Shown: piece after piece, positions 48,105-60,424 of the stretch
Layout: every line of letters starts with the position of its first letter
Numbering within the stretch: position 1 is the first letter of the stretch
Source of the DNA: Antedon mediterranea
Lineage: Eukaryota; Animalia; Echinodermata
DNA length: 64,000 nt
Direction of reading: 5' to 3'
NCBI RefSeq assembly: GCF_964355755.1
Contig: NC_092678.1
Coordinates: 1,876,422 to 1,940,421, forward strand
Position numbers and translations under genes: made by a program
The notes under the pieces: generated by a model
What the model saw: only the letters and a program-made list of their open reading frames with translations
Databases searched by the model: none
What the model was told of the DNA's origin: nothing

Positions 48105-51100
48105 GTACAAGAACTCCAAGGAAATATTCAGGTTTTTTTGTCATGTGCAATTTGATCAACGAACTGAAAATTGTCATAATTTTCCATCGCAAATGACCAG
48201 AAAATGAGCTTCAAATTTGATAAAATAGTTACTCCAGAGTTAAAACAAACTGAGGTATTAAAGAAAATGGATAAAATTTGTTTTGAATTTCTCTCTTTAT
48301 TTATTATACCGTTTAAATTAACAAAACTCCTAGGAATTGGCATCAGTTGTTACTTCAAATTAATAGCAAGAAGTATTATATAGTTTGGGTTGTAGTACAG
48401 TTAGGTTTGTGGTACACCATATATTTTTCCAAAAGGAAAGGATGATTGAGAATGCCTTGATGTTTCTAAGTCAACCTAAAATTGTCTTAGGTATTTTCGG
48501 AGGTTCGTGTGTAGATGGCTACAGCATTTGCATCATGGCATAGGATCAAACAGGAGCAGGAAACACATACACAATGATGGGAACACTAGAAGATCCTGGC
48601 ATGAATATCAGATCCATCCGAGAGCTTTTGTAATGAACATTCCAAGATATCATTAGGTGAGATAAGATAATCAGATTGACAGTGACATAGAGCATTCAAT
48701 TATTTGTCATTGAAAAGATTAATCTAGTTGATAAAATACATTTCTCTCATCTATATATAAATTTACGTAAGGGAAAAATTCTAAATAAAATAAAAATCGT
48801 TAGTAAAAAAAAGAGTAAAGATATCATATCATATCATATCATATATCATTTATTTCGCCAATATACAGAACAGTACAAAAAAAAAACAATACAAAAGTAA
48901 GTCAATGAGGCCGGATAACCTAAAAGTTATAAATAAAAAATAACCGTCGAGAGGCTCTCCACATTGAAATACTTACATAAAATGAATATAAGGAAGAAAA
49001 GCAAAGAGATCATGGAGCGGCTGTACCAGAATATACAACATTGTATTGTAAAGTTAAAAACTAAAACATTTAGGCGATCTTGTCAAAGGTCAAGCGCGTT
49101 CAGCCTGCCACGTTTCAATATTTAAAAGGCCCATATGACCGATTTTTTTACTTTGATCAATGTGGAAAGGCGCTATATAATCAATTATTATTATTATTAC
49201 TTTGTTTATCCCAAAACTTACACAAAGAAAAAAATTGATGGTGTTAAGCCAGTTAGACTTTTATTATCATGAAAAACTATTATTATTATTATTTGTTTCC
49301 CTTAGTTTTCGTTCATACTTGCTGCTGTTGTTGACTGTGGAGGGTGTAAACAAGATCTCTAAGGCAACCAGCTTTGGATCTCTGGCTTTGGTTGACTTGG
49401 CTGGATCAGAGAGGATAAGTAAAACAGAAGCCACTGGACAAAGACTTGTTGAGGCTGCAGCTATTAATAAATCACTTACGTCACTTGGACAGGTACAGTA
49501 CACCAAACTTTTCATATTTGAAACTTATAAATATCTTGACCGATTTCAAACGCGAACGATTTCATCGTAAACCACTTACATAGAGTACTATTGTATAGAG
49601 TATGGCAAAACATCTGACTAACTGGTATAAATTTGATTTAGTATTGTTGCTTGTGGATTACTTTAATGCTTTTAATTTTGTTGCAGGTTTTCTCAGGTTT
49701 AAAATCAGGTGCTTTACAGAAATTCAAAATTAACACATTTACTTCAACCATCACTGGGCAGAGATTCTAAGGTAAATTTAAACTACAACTTTTAATTCCC
49801 ATGAATGAGACTGTAATGCGTCATGTCCAAATGTTTTCAAACGTACAAACCACATCGCGTGTAATGATCGTAGAAGAGCTAATTAAATTATGCATTTAGT
49901 ATTGTACCGCCCACCGTAATTGTTAGACGCGCGTTAGCGTTAAACGTCATTTGTTTTATTATGTCTATGTGTCATTGACTTTAGAAGCATGGACAATACA
50001 CACAAACAATGTATTGTTCGCTAATTAAAATCCTATTTAAAGGTGGAAGACGTCAATTTTTGTAGCCGCCCTACGCATCGGTTATCCTACCTTGAGTGAG
50101 CGAATTATGAAAAGAACAACACCTAAATATATGCAAAATAAATATATATTCCATGTTAAGATTTAACAGTCATAGGCCTTTTAAATTATTAATATTATTG
50201 TGTAAAGAAAAAGGCCCGACCTGAATTTGGAGTGGAAAAAAAACATGCGATCGGAGTGTGGGAACAGTTTAGATATAGAGAAAATCCAGGTACACGATCT
50301 TAATTACTGTTTTATCGTCGTCGGCAGAGCAGCCACTCTCTAATGGACGGCCATACTGAGTTTTAAAAAAAGCTAGAGGTTAAGGTAAAATAGGGAGTAT
50401 CGCATTTCATGCCATGTGACCAAAAAAAACTAGGTCTGTATTAATTACGGTCTTCTGTCGGCAGTCTTTTTGAGCAACTAACTGAATGTTATGATACTAT
50501 ATTTAGAATGTATTTTTTACGATCTTTTTTGTGGGCATCGTTTCTGGATCGACTGGATGTTTATTATTAAAATTAAATTATTTATTGAGGTTACGAACTT
50601 ATAAACGTTTCAAAATGATGCTTGAGATCGGCACCCCTGGAATACAATTTAGAGAGTTTCTCTTAAAAGGCAAACTGAAACGAATTGTTTGGGCCTTGTT
50701 TGTGATGACTCATCGTTAAACGCAGTTAAAAGCATATTGTCCATTTCCAAACGGTCTGACGATTTTAGAATTTTCACGGCTACAACAAAAGAAAACGCGA
50801 TTAACACGCTTTGTCAAAACATTTGGACATGACGCCTAATGCTTGTTGTGATATTTTTAAAAAACAATAAACATTTTGATATGGTTTCCTCTTGCCAAGG
50901 GTGCTCATAGTCCAATCCAATCGAATTTGAACTATGAAAGCGCAAGTGGTTCCATGTTCCAATCTCAGTTTTGTAGTGGCTTTTTCTCATTCTCACAGAT
51001 TATCCTCGTCTTTATTGCTTAACAATTATTCTGAGTTAATTAATATACTATAATATGATCTATTTGGTTTATATTTGTATAAAAAAACTATCGCTAGGTA

Positions 51101-51200
51101 ATGTCTTCTTACTAAATTTCTTTGTAGGCATGTTTGTTTGTTAACGTGAGTCCAGATGAGAAGAACCAGAGCTAAACAAGTCCAACTTGGTAGAGCAATT
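48105..51200 (+). pseudogene. Unprocessed kinesin-14 (KIFC3/KIF25-like) motor pseudogene
   Basis: Exon remnants: 48105 VQELQGNIQVF (frameshift); 48491 CVDGYSICIMA*DQTGAGNTYTM (P-loop broken, TAG at 48541); about 49305-49492 SFRSY...[35 protein letters not shown]; 49687-49771 RNSKLTHLLQPSLG with a deletion; 51128 ACLFVNVSP...RAKQVQLG with a deletion. Confidence 0.85.
49817..50836. mobile_element. Harbinger-type MITE (sister of 31277-37214)
   Basis: TIRs (T)GCGTCATGTCCAAATGTTTT / AAAACATTTGGACATGACGCC with TAA TSD. Confidence 0.8.
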
Positions 51201-51464
51201 GAAAATATTAAAGGGCCATAAAATGAAAACGAGTGTATAAAATATCATGAGCAAGTCACGAGTGTATAGTCACGAGTCAAGTCAGTGAGCATGCTGAATG
51301 TAACATTTACAAGAAAAATTAGAATTGTTATGAAACTCTATATATTTTTTTATATAATTTTTATTTTTATTTTTATTTTAATTTTATTTCAATTTTATTT
51401 CATACTCATCCAACAGCGAGTAACCCGCCAATTACATGAGAAAAAAAAAAAAAAAACCCTGACA

Positions 51465-51535
51465 TATGACAGGACTTGAACCCAGGACCCATAGATTGGT
51501 AGCCAAGCATCATAACCACCAAGCCACAGCTCCAC
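51465..51535 (-). mobile_element. tRNA-derived SINE head / pseudo-tRNA
   Basis: Minus strand GGAGCTGTGGCTTGGTGG (A box) ... GGGTTCAAGTCC (B box); acceptor stem not intact. Confidence 0.55.
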
Positions 51536-51682
51536 TCATAATGTATGTATATTTTAAGTAATATATATATATATATTTGTGAATATATATAAAATAAATA
51601 GAATAAAACCAAAATAGAGAAATGTATATTGTTTAAATTTTGTTCAAGTCATGCTTTAGTAAATATAAAATTCAAAAAAGGC

Positions 51683-54600
51683 TACTGCGTCCAAGTACAA
51701 GTAGCCTGCGTCCAAGTACAAGTAGCCTGCGTCCAAATACAAGTAGCCTGCGTCCAAGTAGCCTGCGTCCAAGTACGAGTAGCATGCGTCCAAATACAAG
51801 TAGCCTGCGTCAAAATACAGTAGCCTACGTCCAAGTACAAGTAGCCTGCGTCCAACAAATACAAGTAACCTGCGTCCAAGTAAGTAGCCTGTGTCCAAGT
51901 ACAAGTAGCCTGCGTCCAAGTACAAGTAGCCTACGTCCAAATACAAGTAGCCCGTGTCCAAGTACAAGTAGCCCGCGTCCAAGTACAAGTAGCCTGCGTC
52001 CAAATACAAGTAGCCTGCGCGCGTCCAAGTACAAGTAGCCTGCGTCCAAGTACAAGTAGCCTGCGTCCAAGTACAATTAGCCTGCGTCCAAGTACAAGTA
52101 GCCTGCGTCCAAATACAAGTAGCCTGCGTCCAAGTACAAGTAGCCTGCGTCCAAGTACAAGTAGCCTGCGTCCAAGTACAAGTAGCCTGCGTCCAAGTAC
52201 AAGTAGCCTGCGTCCAAGTACAAGTAGCCTGCATCCAAATACAAGTAGCCTGCGTCAAAGTAAGTAGCCTGAGTCCAAGTACAAGTAGCCTGCGTCCAAA
52301 TACAAGTAGCATGCATCCAAGTAAGTAGCCTGCGTCCAAATACAAGTAGCATGCATCCAAGTAGAAGTAGCATGCATCCAAGTAAGTAGCCTGCGTCCAA
52401 GTACAAGTAGCCTGCATCCAAGTACAAGTAGCCTGCGTCCAAATACAAGTAGCCTGCGTCCATATATAAGTAGCCTGCGTCCATATACAAGTAGCCTGCG
52501 TCCAAATACAAGTAGCCTGCGTCCAAATACAAGTAGCCTGCGTCCAAGTACAAGTAGCCTGCATCCAAATACAAGTAGCCTGCGTCAAAATACAGTAGCC
52601 TACGTCCAAGTACAAGTAGCCTGCGTCCAACAAATACAAGTAACCTGCGTCCAAGTAAGTAGCCTGTGTCCAAGTACAAGTAGCCTGCGTCCAAGTACAA
52701 GTAGCCTACGTCCAAATACAAGTAGCCCGTGTCCAAGTACAAGTAGCCCGCGTCCAAGTACAAGTAGCCTGCGTCCAAATACAAGTAGCCTGCGCGCGTC
52801 CAAGTACAAGTAGCCTGCGTCCAAGTACAAGTAGCCTGCGTCCAAGTACAATTAGCCTGCGTCCAAGTACAAGTAGCCTGCGTCCAAATACAAGTAGCCT
52901 GCGTCCAAGTACAAGTAGCCTGCGTCCAAGTACAAGTAGCCTGCGTCCAAGTACAAGTAGCCTGCGTCCAAGTACAAGTAGCCTGCGTCCAAGTACAAGT
53001 AGCCTGCATCCAAATACAAGTAGCCTGCGTCAAAGTAAGTAGCCTGAGTCCAAGTACAAGTAGCCTGCGTCCAAATACAAGTAGCATGCATCCAAGTAAG
53101 TAGCCTGCGTCCAAATACAAGTAGCATGCATCCAAGTAGAAGTAGCATGCATCCAAGTAAGTAGCCTGCGTCCAAGTACAAGTAGCCTGCATCCAAGTAC
53201 AAGTAGCCTGCGTCCAAATACAAGTAGCCTGCGTCCATATATAAGTAGCCTGCGTCCATATACAAGTAGCCTGCGTCCAAATACAAGTAGCCTGCGTCCA
53301 AATACAAGTAGCCTGCGTCCAAGTACAAGTAGCCTGCATCCAAATACAAGTAGCCTGCATCCAAGTACAAGTAGCCTGCGTCCAAGTACAAGTAGCCTGC
53401 ATCCAAGTACAAGTAACCTGCGTCCAAATACAAGTAGCCTGCGTCCAAATACAGTAGCCTGCGTCCAAGTACAAGTAGCCTGCGTCCAAGTAAAAGTAGC
53501 CTGCGTCCAACAAATACAAGTAACCTGCGTCCAAGTAAGTAGCCTGCGTCCAAGTACAAGTAGCATGCGTCCAAGTACAAGTAGCATGCATCCAAGTAAG
53601 TAGCCTGCGTCCAAGTAAGTAGCCTGCGTCCAAGTACAAGTAGCCTGCATCCAAGTACAAGTAGCTTGCGTCCAAGTAAGTAGCCTGCGTCCAAATACAA
53701 GTAGCCTGCGTCCAAATACAAGTAGCCTGCGTCCAAGTAAGTAGCCTGCGTCCAAGTAAAAGTAGCCTGCGTCCAAGTACAAGTAGCCTGCGTCCAAGTA
53801 AAAGTAGCCTGCGTCCAAGTAATAGTAGCCTGCGTCCAAGTACAAGTAGCCTGCGTCCAAGTACAAGTAGCCTGCGTCCAAGTAAGTAGCCTGCGTCCAA
53901 GTAAGTAGCTGCATACAAGTTAGTAGCCTGCGTACAAGTAGCATGCGTCCAAGTACAAGTAGCATGCGTCCAAGTAGCCTGCGTCCAAGTAGCCTGCGTC
54001 CAAGTAAGTAGCCTGCATCCAAGTAGCCTGCGTCCAAGAAAGTAGCCTGCATCTAAGTAAGTAGCCTACATCCAAGTAAGTAGCATGCATCCAAGTAAGT
54101 AGCATGCGTCCAAGTAAGTAGCATGCATCCAAGTAAGTAGTCTGCATCCAAGTAAGTAGCCTGCGTACAAGTAGCCTGCCTCCAAGTAAGTAGCATGCGT
54201 ACAAGTAAGTAACCTGCGTCCAAGTACAAGTAGCCTGCGTCCAAGTACAAGTAGCCTGCGTCCAAGTACAAGTAGCCTGCGTCCAAATACAAGTAGCCTG
54301 CGTCCAAATACAGTAGCCTGCGTCCAAGTAAGTAGCCTGCGTTCAAATACTAGTAGCCTGCGTCCAAGTAAGTAGCCTGCGTCCAAATACAAGTAGCCTG
54401 CGTCAAAGTACAAGTAGCCTGCGTCCAAGTACAAGTAGCCTGCGTCCAAGTACAAGTAGCCTGCGTCCAAGTACAAGTAGCCTGCGTCCAAGTACAAGTA
54501 GCCTGCGTCCAAGTACAAGTAGCCTGCGTCCAAGTACAAGTAGCCTGCGTCCAAGTACAAGTAGCCTGCGTCCAAGTACAAGTAGCCTGCGTCCAAGTAC

Positions 54601-57600
54601 AAGTAGCCTGCGTCCAAGTACAAGTAGCCTGCGTCCAAGTACAATTAGCATGCATCCAAATACAGTAGCCTGCGTCCAAGTAAGTAGCCTGCGTTCAAAT
54701 ACTAGTAGCCTGCGTCCAAGTAAGTAGCCTGCGTCCAAATACAAGTAGCCCGCGTCCAAATACAAGTAGCCTGCGTCCAAGTACAAGTAGCATGCGTCCA
54801 AATACAAGTAGCCTGCGTCCAAGTACAAGTAGCCTGCGTCCAAATACAAGTAGCCTGCGTCCATATAGAAGTAGCCTGCGTCCAAATACAAGTAGCCTGC
54901 GTCCAAATACAAGTAGCCTGCGTCCAAGTACAAGTAGCCTGCGTCCAAGTACAAGTAGCCTGCGTCCAAGTACAAGTAGCCTGCGTCCAAGTACAAGTAG
55001 CCTGCGTCCAAGTACAAGTAGCCTGCGTCCAAGTACAAGTAGCCTGCATCCAAGTACAAGTAGCCTGCGTCCAAATACAAGTAACCTGCGTCCAAGTAAG
55101 TAGCCTGCGTCCAAGTAAGTAGCCTGCGTCCAAGTAAGTAGCCCGAGTCCAAGTACAAGTAGCCTGCGTCCAAATACAAGTAGCCTGCGTCCAAGTAGTA
55201 AGTAGCCTGCATCCAAGTACAAGTAGCCTGCGTCCAAGTAAAAGTAGCCTGCGTCCAAGTAAAAGTAGCCTGCGTCCAAGTACAAGTAGCCTGCGTCCAA
55301 GTAAGTAACCTGCGTCCAAGTACAAGTAGCCTGCGTCCAAGTACAAGTAGCCTGCGTCCAAGTAAAAGTAGCCTGCGTCCAAATACAAGTAGCCTGCGTC
55401 CAAATACAGTAGCCTGCGTCCAAGTAAGTAGCCTGCGTTCAAATACTAGTAGCCTGCGTCCAAGTAAGTAGCCTGCGTCCAAATACAAGTAGCCTGCGTC
55501 AAAGTACAAGTAGCCTGCGTCCAAGTACAAGTAGCCTGCGTCCAAATACAAGTAGCCTGCGTCCAAATACAAGTAGCCTGCGTCCAAGTACAAGTAACCT
55601 GCGTCCAAGTACAAGTAGCCTGCGTCCAAGTACAAGTAGCCTGCGTCCAAGTACAAGTAGCCTGCGTCCAAGTACAAGTAGCCTGCGTCCAAGTACAAGT
55701 AGCCTGCGTCCAAGTACAAGTAGCCTGCGTCCAAGTAAAAGTAGCCTGCGTCCAAGTAAGTAGCCTGCGTCCAAGTACAAGTAGCCTGCGTCCAAGTACA
55801 AGTAGCCTGCGTCCAAGTACAAGTAGCCTGCGTCCAAGTACAAGTAGCCTGCGTCCAAATACATGTAGCCTGCGCGCGTCCAAGTACAAGTAGCATGCGT
55901 CCAAGTACAAGTAGCATGCATCCAAATACAAGTAACCTGCGTCCAAGTACAAGTAGCCTGCGTCCAAGTACAAGTAGCCTGCGTCCAAGTACAAGTAGCA
56001 TGCGTCCAAATACAAGTAACCTGCGTCCAAGTACAAGTAGCCTGCGTCCAAGTAAGTAGCCTGCGTCCAAATACTAGTAGCCTGCGTCCAAGTAAGTAGC
56101 CTGCGTCCAAATACAAGTAGCCTGCGTCCAAATACAAGTAGCCTGCGTCCAAGTACAAGTAGCATGCGTCCAAATACAAGTAGCCTGCGTCCAAGTACAA
56201 GTAGCCTGCGTCCAAATACAAGTAGCCTGCGTCCATATAGAAGTAGCCTGCGTCCAAATACAAGTAGCCTGCGTCCAAATACAAGTAGCCTGCGTCCAAG
56301 TACAAGTAGCCTGCGTCCAAGTACAAGTAGCCTGCGTCCAAGTACAAGTAGCCTGCGTCCAAGTACAAGTAGTCTGCGTCCAAGTACAAGTAGCCTGCGT
56401 CCAAGTACAAGTAGCCTGCGTCCAAGTACAAGTAGCCTGCATCCAAGTACAAGTAGCCTGCGTCCAAATACAAGTAACCTGCGTCCAAGTAAGTAGCCTG
56501 CGTCCAAGTAAGTAGCCCGAGTCCAAGTACAAGTAGCCTGCGTCCAAATACAAGTAGCCTGCGTCCAAGTAGTAAGTAGCCTGCATCCAAGTACAAGTAG
56601 CCTGCGTCCAAGTAAAAGTAGCCTGCGTCCAAGTAAAAGTAGCCTGCGTCCAAGTACAAGTAGCCTGCGTCCAAGTACAAGTAGCCTGTGTCAAAGTAAG
56701 TAGCCTGCGTCCAAGTGAGTAGCCTGTATCCAAGTTAGTAGCCTGCGTACAAGTAGCATGCGTCCAAGGTACAAGTAGCCTGCGTCCAAATACAAGTAGC
56801 CTGCGTCCAAGTAAAAGTAGCCTGCGTCCAAGTACAAGTAGCCTGCGTCCAAGTAAAAGTAGCCTGCGTCCAAGTAATAGTAGCCTGCGTCCAAGTACAA
56901 GTAGCCTGCGTCCAAGTACAAGTAGCCTGCGTCCAAGTAAGTAGCCTGCGTCCAAGTAAGTAGCTGCATACAAGTTAGTAGCCTGCGTACAAGTAGCATG
57001 CGTCCAAGTACAAGTAGCATGCGTCCAAGTAGCCTGCGTCCAAGTAGCCTGCGTCCAAGTAAGTAGCCTGCATCCAAGTAGCCTGCGTCCAAAAAAGTAG
57101 CCTGCATCTAAGTAAGTAGCCTACATCCAAGTAAGTAGCATGCATCCAAGTAAGTAGCATGCATCCAAGTAAGTAGCATGCGTCCAAGTAAGTAGCATGC
57201 GTCCAAGTAAGTAGCATGCATCCAAGTAAGTAGTCTGCATCCAAGTAAGTAGCCTGCGTACAAGTAGCCTGCCTCCAAGTAAGTAGCATGCGTACAAGTA
57301 AGTAGCCTGCATCCAAGTAAGTAGCCTGCGTACAAGTAGCCTGCATCCAAGTAAGTAGCCTGCGTACAAGTAGCCTGCATCCAAGTAAGTAGCATGCGTC
57401 CAATTAGCCTGCGTACAAGTAACTTGCATCCAAGTAAGTAGCCTGCGTACAAGTAGCCTTCTGTGTCCAAGTAGTCAATTTGTTTAAAAAAATCCTGTAC
57501 TATAGTACAGAGATTTTTTCAAAAATGTTGACTTTCATAGTAAGTAGCATGCATCCAAGTAAGTAGCATGCGTCTAAGTAAGTAGCCTACATCCAAGTAA

Positions 57601-57660
57601 GTAGCCTGCATCCACACGTAGCCTGCCTCCAAGTAAGTAGCCTGCGTACAAGTAGCCTCC
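51683..57660 (+). repeat. ~6-kb satellite, 21-bp unit CAAGTACAAGTAGCCTGCGTC with shorter (~14-19 bp) variants and higher-order duplications
   Basis: Hundreds of tandem copies; block duplications at offsets of about 775, 1372 and 3055 bp. Confidence 0.97.
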
Positions 57661-58999
57661 TGTGTCCAAGTTGTCAATTTTTGAAAAAATTCCTGTACTA
57701 TAGTACAGAGATTTTTTCAAAAATGTTGACTATTTCATTGTCAACATAACTGGTTACTATGACACTATAAGATGATAACACAATATATGATCATATATAG
57801 AAAATTATTGAATAATAATTGCATATTTTGGCCGTTTTTCAGAAAAATCATTAAAAAAAATTGCAAAATTTCAACTCTTTTATTTGTTAACCAAACAAAA
57901 AATGGTAAATTTGAGGTAAACATGCACAGACACAATGATGTGAGTCTGCGCATGTCATTACAATATTCAGACAACAATAAGTCTCTTTGTAAAGTAGATA
58001 CTAAGCTTTTCCAATCTGCGCCCATATTCCCGGCAAACATGTTCAGTTGCAATTCAGAAACTCGTTCATCAGGAAATCTGATCTGGCCGATTGTGTGATG
58101 CCAGAATGATCCATGTTTTGAGCAAATGGTGAATTTCTATCTTGAACTGAAGTAGAGTAAGGTAAATAAAAAAATTTAAAACATTAAATAAAAGTTTATA
58201 TTAAATTAAAAAATGAGTTGTGAATTTCTCTGTAACATTTTGTACTCCTCCCAAGTTTCTTATTTTAACAACTTATTGGATGTGGGTATAAATGTATAGG
58301 CTATTCAGTCTCAAGCTGTATTGCCCAGAATGGTGTAGACATCCTTTGTCTTTTATTAATTAATATTTTTCAAGAATTTTTTTATGATGATAATTCACTA
58401 ATTTCAAGTGAATTGCTTTCAAAATTTATCTCCGAGCTTCGTGTTTGGATGGAAAAAAAAAGTGATAATATTGCAGCAAACACCGATAAAATTCTTTCTA
58501 GGAGGTTTTACATATAGGCAATTTTTCATTGATTAATAGTTAAGTTAGAAATTGTTGCTAATCTGAAACTCATATTTCAAATAGTCATAGACTGTTGATT
58601 CAGAAAGTACTTAAATCATTCGAGGAAACATACATTTTTTAAGGGACAATATTACTATAACATAGCCTACAATTAGCAAGAGTATAGGTCTACTGTATGG
58701 TCTATGGTAACTTAGTCAAAGTTACATATTTTGATACTAGTCAGACGTGTCTTTATTTAAAACGGGGATAATACTAAACCATGTTTTGCAATTTTAATTT
58801 TATTATTATAGGTAATGACACAATCAGCAATATGTGATAGTGGCAGTAAGTCTAAACAAACACCTAGAAACAGCATAGAATTATCCAAATCAATATTATA
58901 TAATACATTCCACTCTAATATTGCTTTTGATAGAAAACAACGTCTCACTAGCAGTCTCGCGGAGGTATATTCAGAGTGTCATTCTGACGATGGAGTATT

Positions 59000-60420
59000 C
59001 TCTATGGAGCACCATTTATGCACAGTGATATAAAATGAAAAAAAAGTCACTGAATTTTAATATCTTTTCGTATTTAAAGACCCCTTCCCTGCAATTTTGG
59101 ACGTTTTTTGGAAAATAATACATATATATCACTTTAAAAACATTAAACCATGTCATTCCTTGTCTTAAATGTACGTTTTATGGTAAATTATGATAAAAAG
59201 TGAGAAACAATGCACTACCTAAGTAGCTCGCGGCGATCGACCTCTCGTGGACGGTCTTAGGCCTAGGCTTAGTTTTGTAGGCCTAGCTGGTAAACATCGG
59301 TAACGTACGAACATCGTACGCGAGCTATATACCTAGCCTGACGTTGTATAGTTGCTGCATTAATTGTCTTTCTATTTTTGCCAGACTCCGTTGATAAAAA
59401 TTGGGGAAAACCCGGTATTTTCGCTGAAAAGTTAGGAGTCTTCCATTTGTTTTGGCCTCACGATCGATCGAAAAGTGGGCGAATTACAGGTGAAAAACAA
59501 AAATATCAATCCGCGCGCAATGCATTTTGGGATTTATAGCGGGCCGCTATAATTATTAGAATCGACTTATTTTTCACATTTTTAACCGTTTAAAGACGAA
59601 AAAAGTTATCGCAATAGGACCATATAGTATTATTTTTACATTAAATATAGTTTGTGATCTTAAATTAGATCTAAAAAACGTAGGGAATGGGGCTTTAATA
59701 CACTGTGCTCAAGTGGACCCGATTTGGAGCCAGTGGAGCACAGTGATATAAAATAGAAATAAGTCACTGAATTTTAATATCTTTTCGTATTTAATACACT
59801 GTGCTTACGTGGACCCAATTTGGCGCTCGCGCCAGTGGTATAAAATAGAAAAGAGTCAATTAATTATAATATCTTTTCGTATGTTAATACACTGTGCTCA
59901 AGTGGACCCAATTTGGCACCAATTGGAGCACAGGGAAATAGTCACATACAAAAACATCAAGAAAAAATATTTTGTGAATTTAAAAATATTTCAAACTTGG
60001 TATGATTATGTTCAATATCCGATACTCCATCCGTAAACCAAAAGAAAAAATAGTTTCAAGCCACATCAGTGATTTTAATAACTTGCGTTCGCTTAAGATA
60101 ATACTTATGAAAAAACATACAATTCCGACACATATGTTAAACTCTAATATTGATTTTGACCAAAAAAAACGGTTAGGAATTCGATTTTTTCCCTGTAAAT
60201 TTAGCAACTTTAATTAAGAATATACCAGGAGTATTTTTTTTTACAAAAGAAATGTTCGTATGTTAACACACTGTGCTCCAGTGGCTCCAATTTGCCGCCA
60301 GTGGAGCACAGGGAAATAGTCACATACACTTCTAGAAAAAATATTTATCGAATTCAAAAATATTTCAAACTTAGTATCTAAGTTCAATATCTGTTACTCC
60401 ATCCGTAATGCCAAATTCAT
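59000..60420 (+). repeat. Degenerate tandem repeat with CACTGTGCTC...GAGCACAG hairpin units
   Basis: Recurrent GTCACTGAATTTTAATATCTTTTCGTATTTAA and CACTGTGCTCAAGTGGACCC near 59045, 59700, 59797, 59888 and 60268. Confidence 0.65.
59078..59694. mobile_element. Kolobok-type MITE
   Basis: Imperfect TIRs AGACCCCTTCCCT / AGGGAATGGGGCT with TTAA TSD; the empty site TCGTATTTAATACACTGTG is in the neighbouring repeat unit near 59790. Confidence 0.7.
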
Positions 60421-60424
60421 TCAC

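Noticed and set aside
48749-48785. A further Helitron copy
   Set aside because: Only a ~30-bp 5' stub (TCTATATATAAATTTACGTAAGGG) remains; no body or 3' end.
36728-50719. Similar ORFs ending ...FVMTHR at 36728 and 50531
   Set aside because: Chance ORFs in the right ends of two sister Harbinger-type elements.
51465-51535. Functional tRNA gene
   Set aside because: A and B boxes are present but the acceptor stem does not close; treated as a SINE head.
51629-57470. Many long ORFs (LDAGYLY, TWTQATC, RPSTSSL repeats) as repetitive or antifreeze-like proteins
   Set aside because: All frames are open because the 21-bp unit lacks minus-strand stops; frequent frame-shifting unit variants show no coding constraint.
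58770-60420. 5' LTR of the Gypsy element
   Set aside because: No TG..CA boundaries or primer-binding site; gag is 5'-truncated directly against an unrelated tandem repeat.
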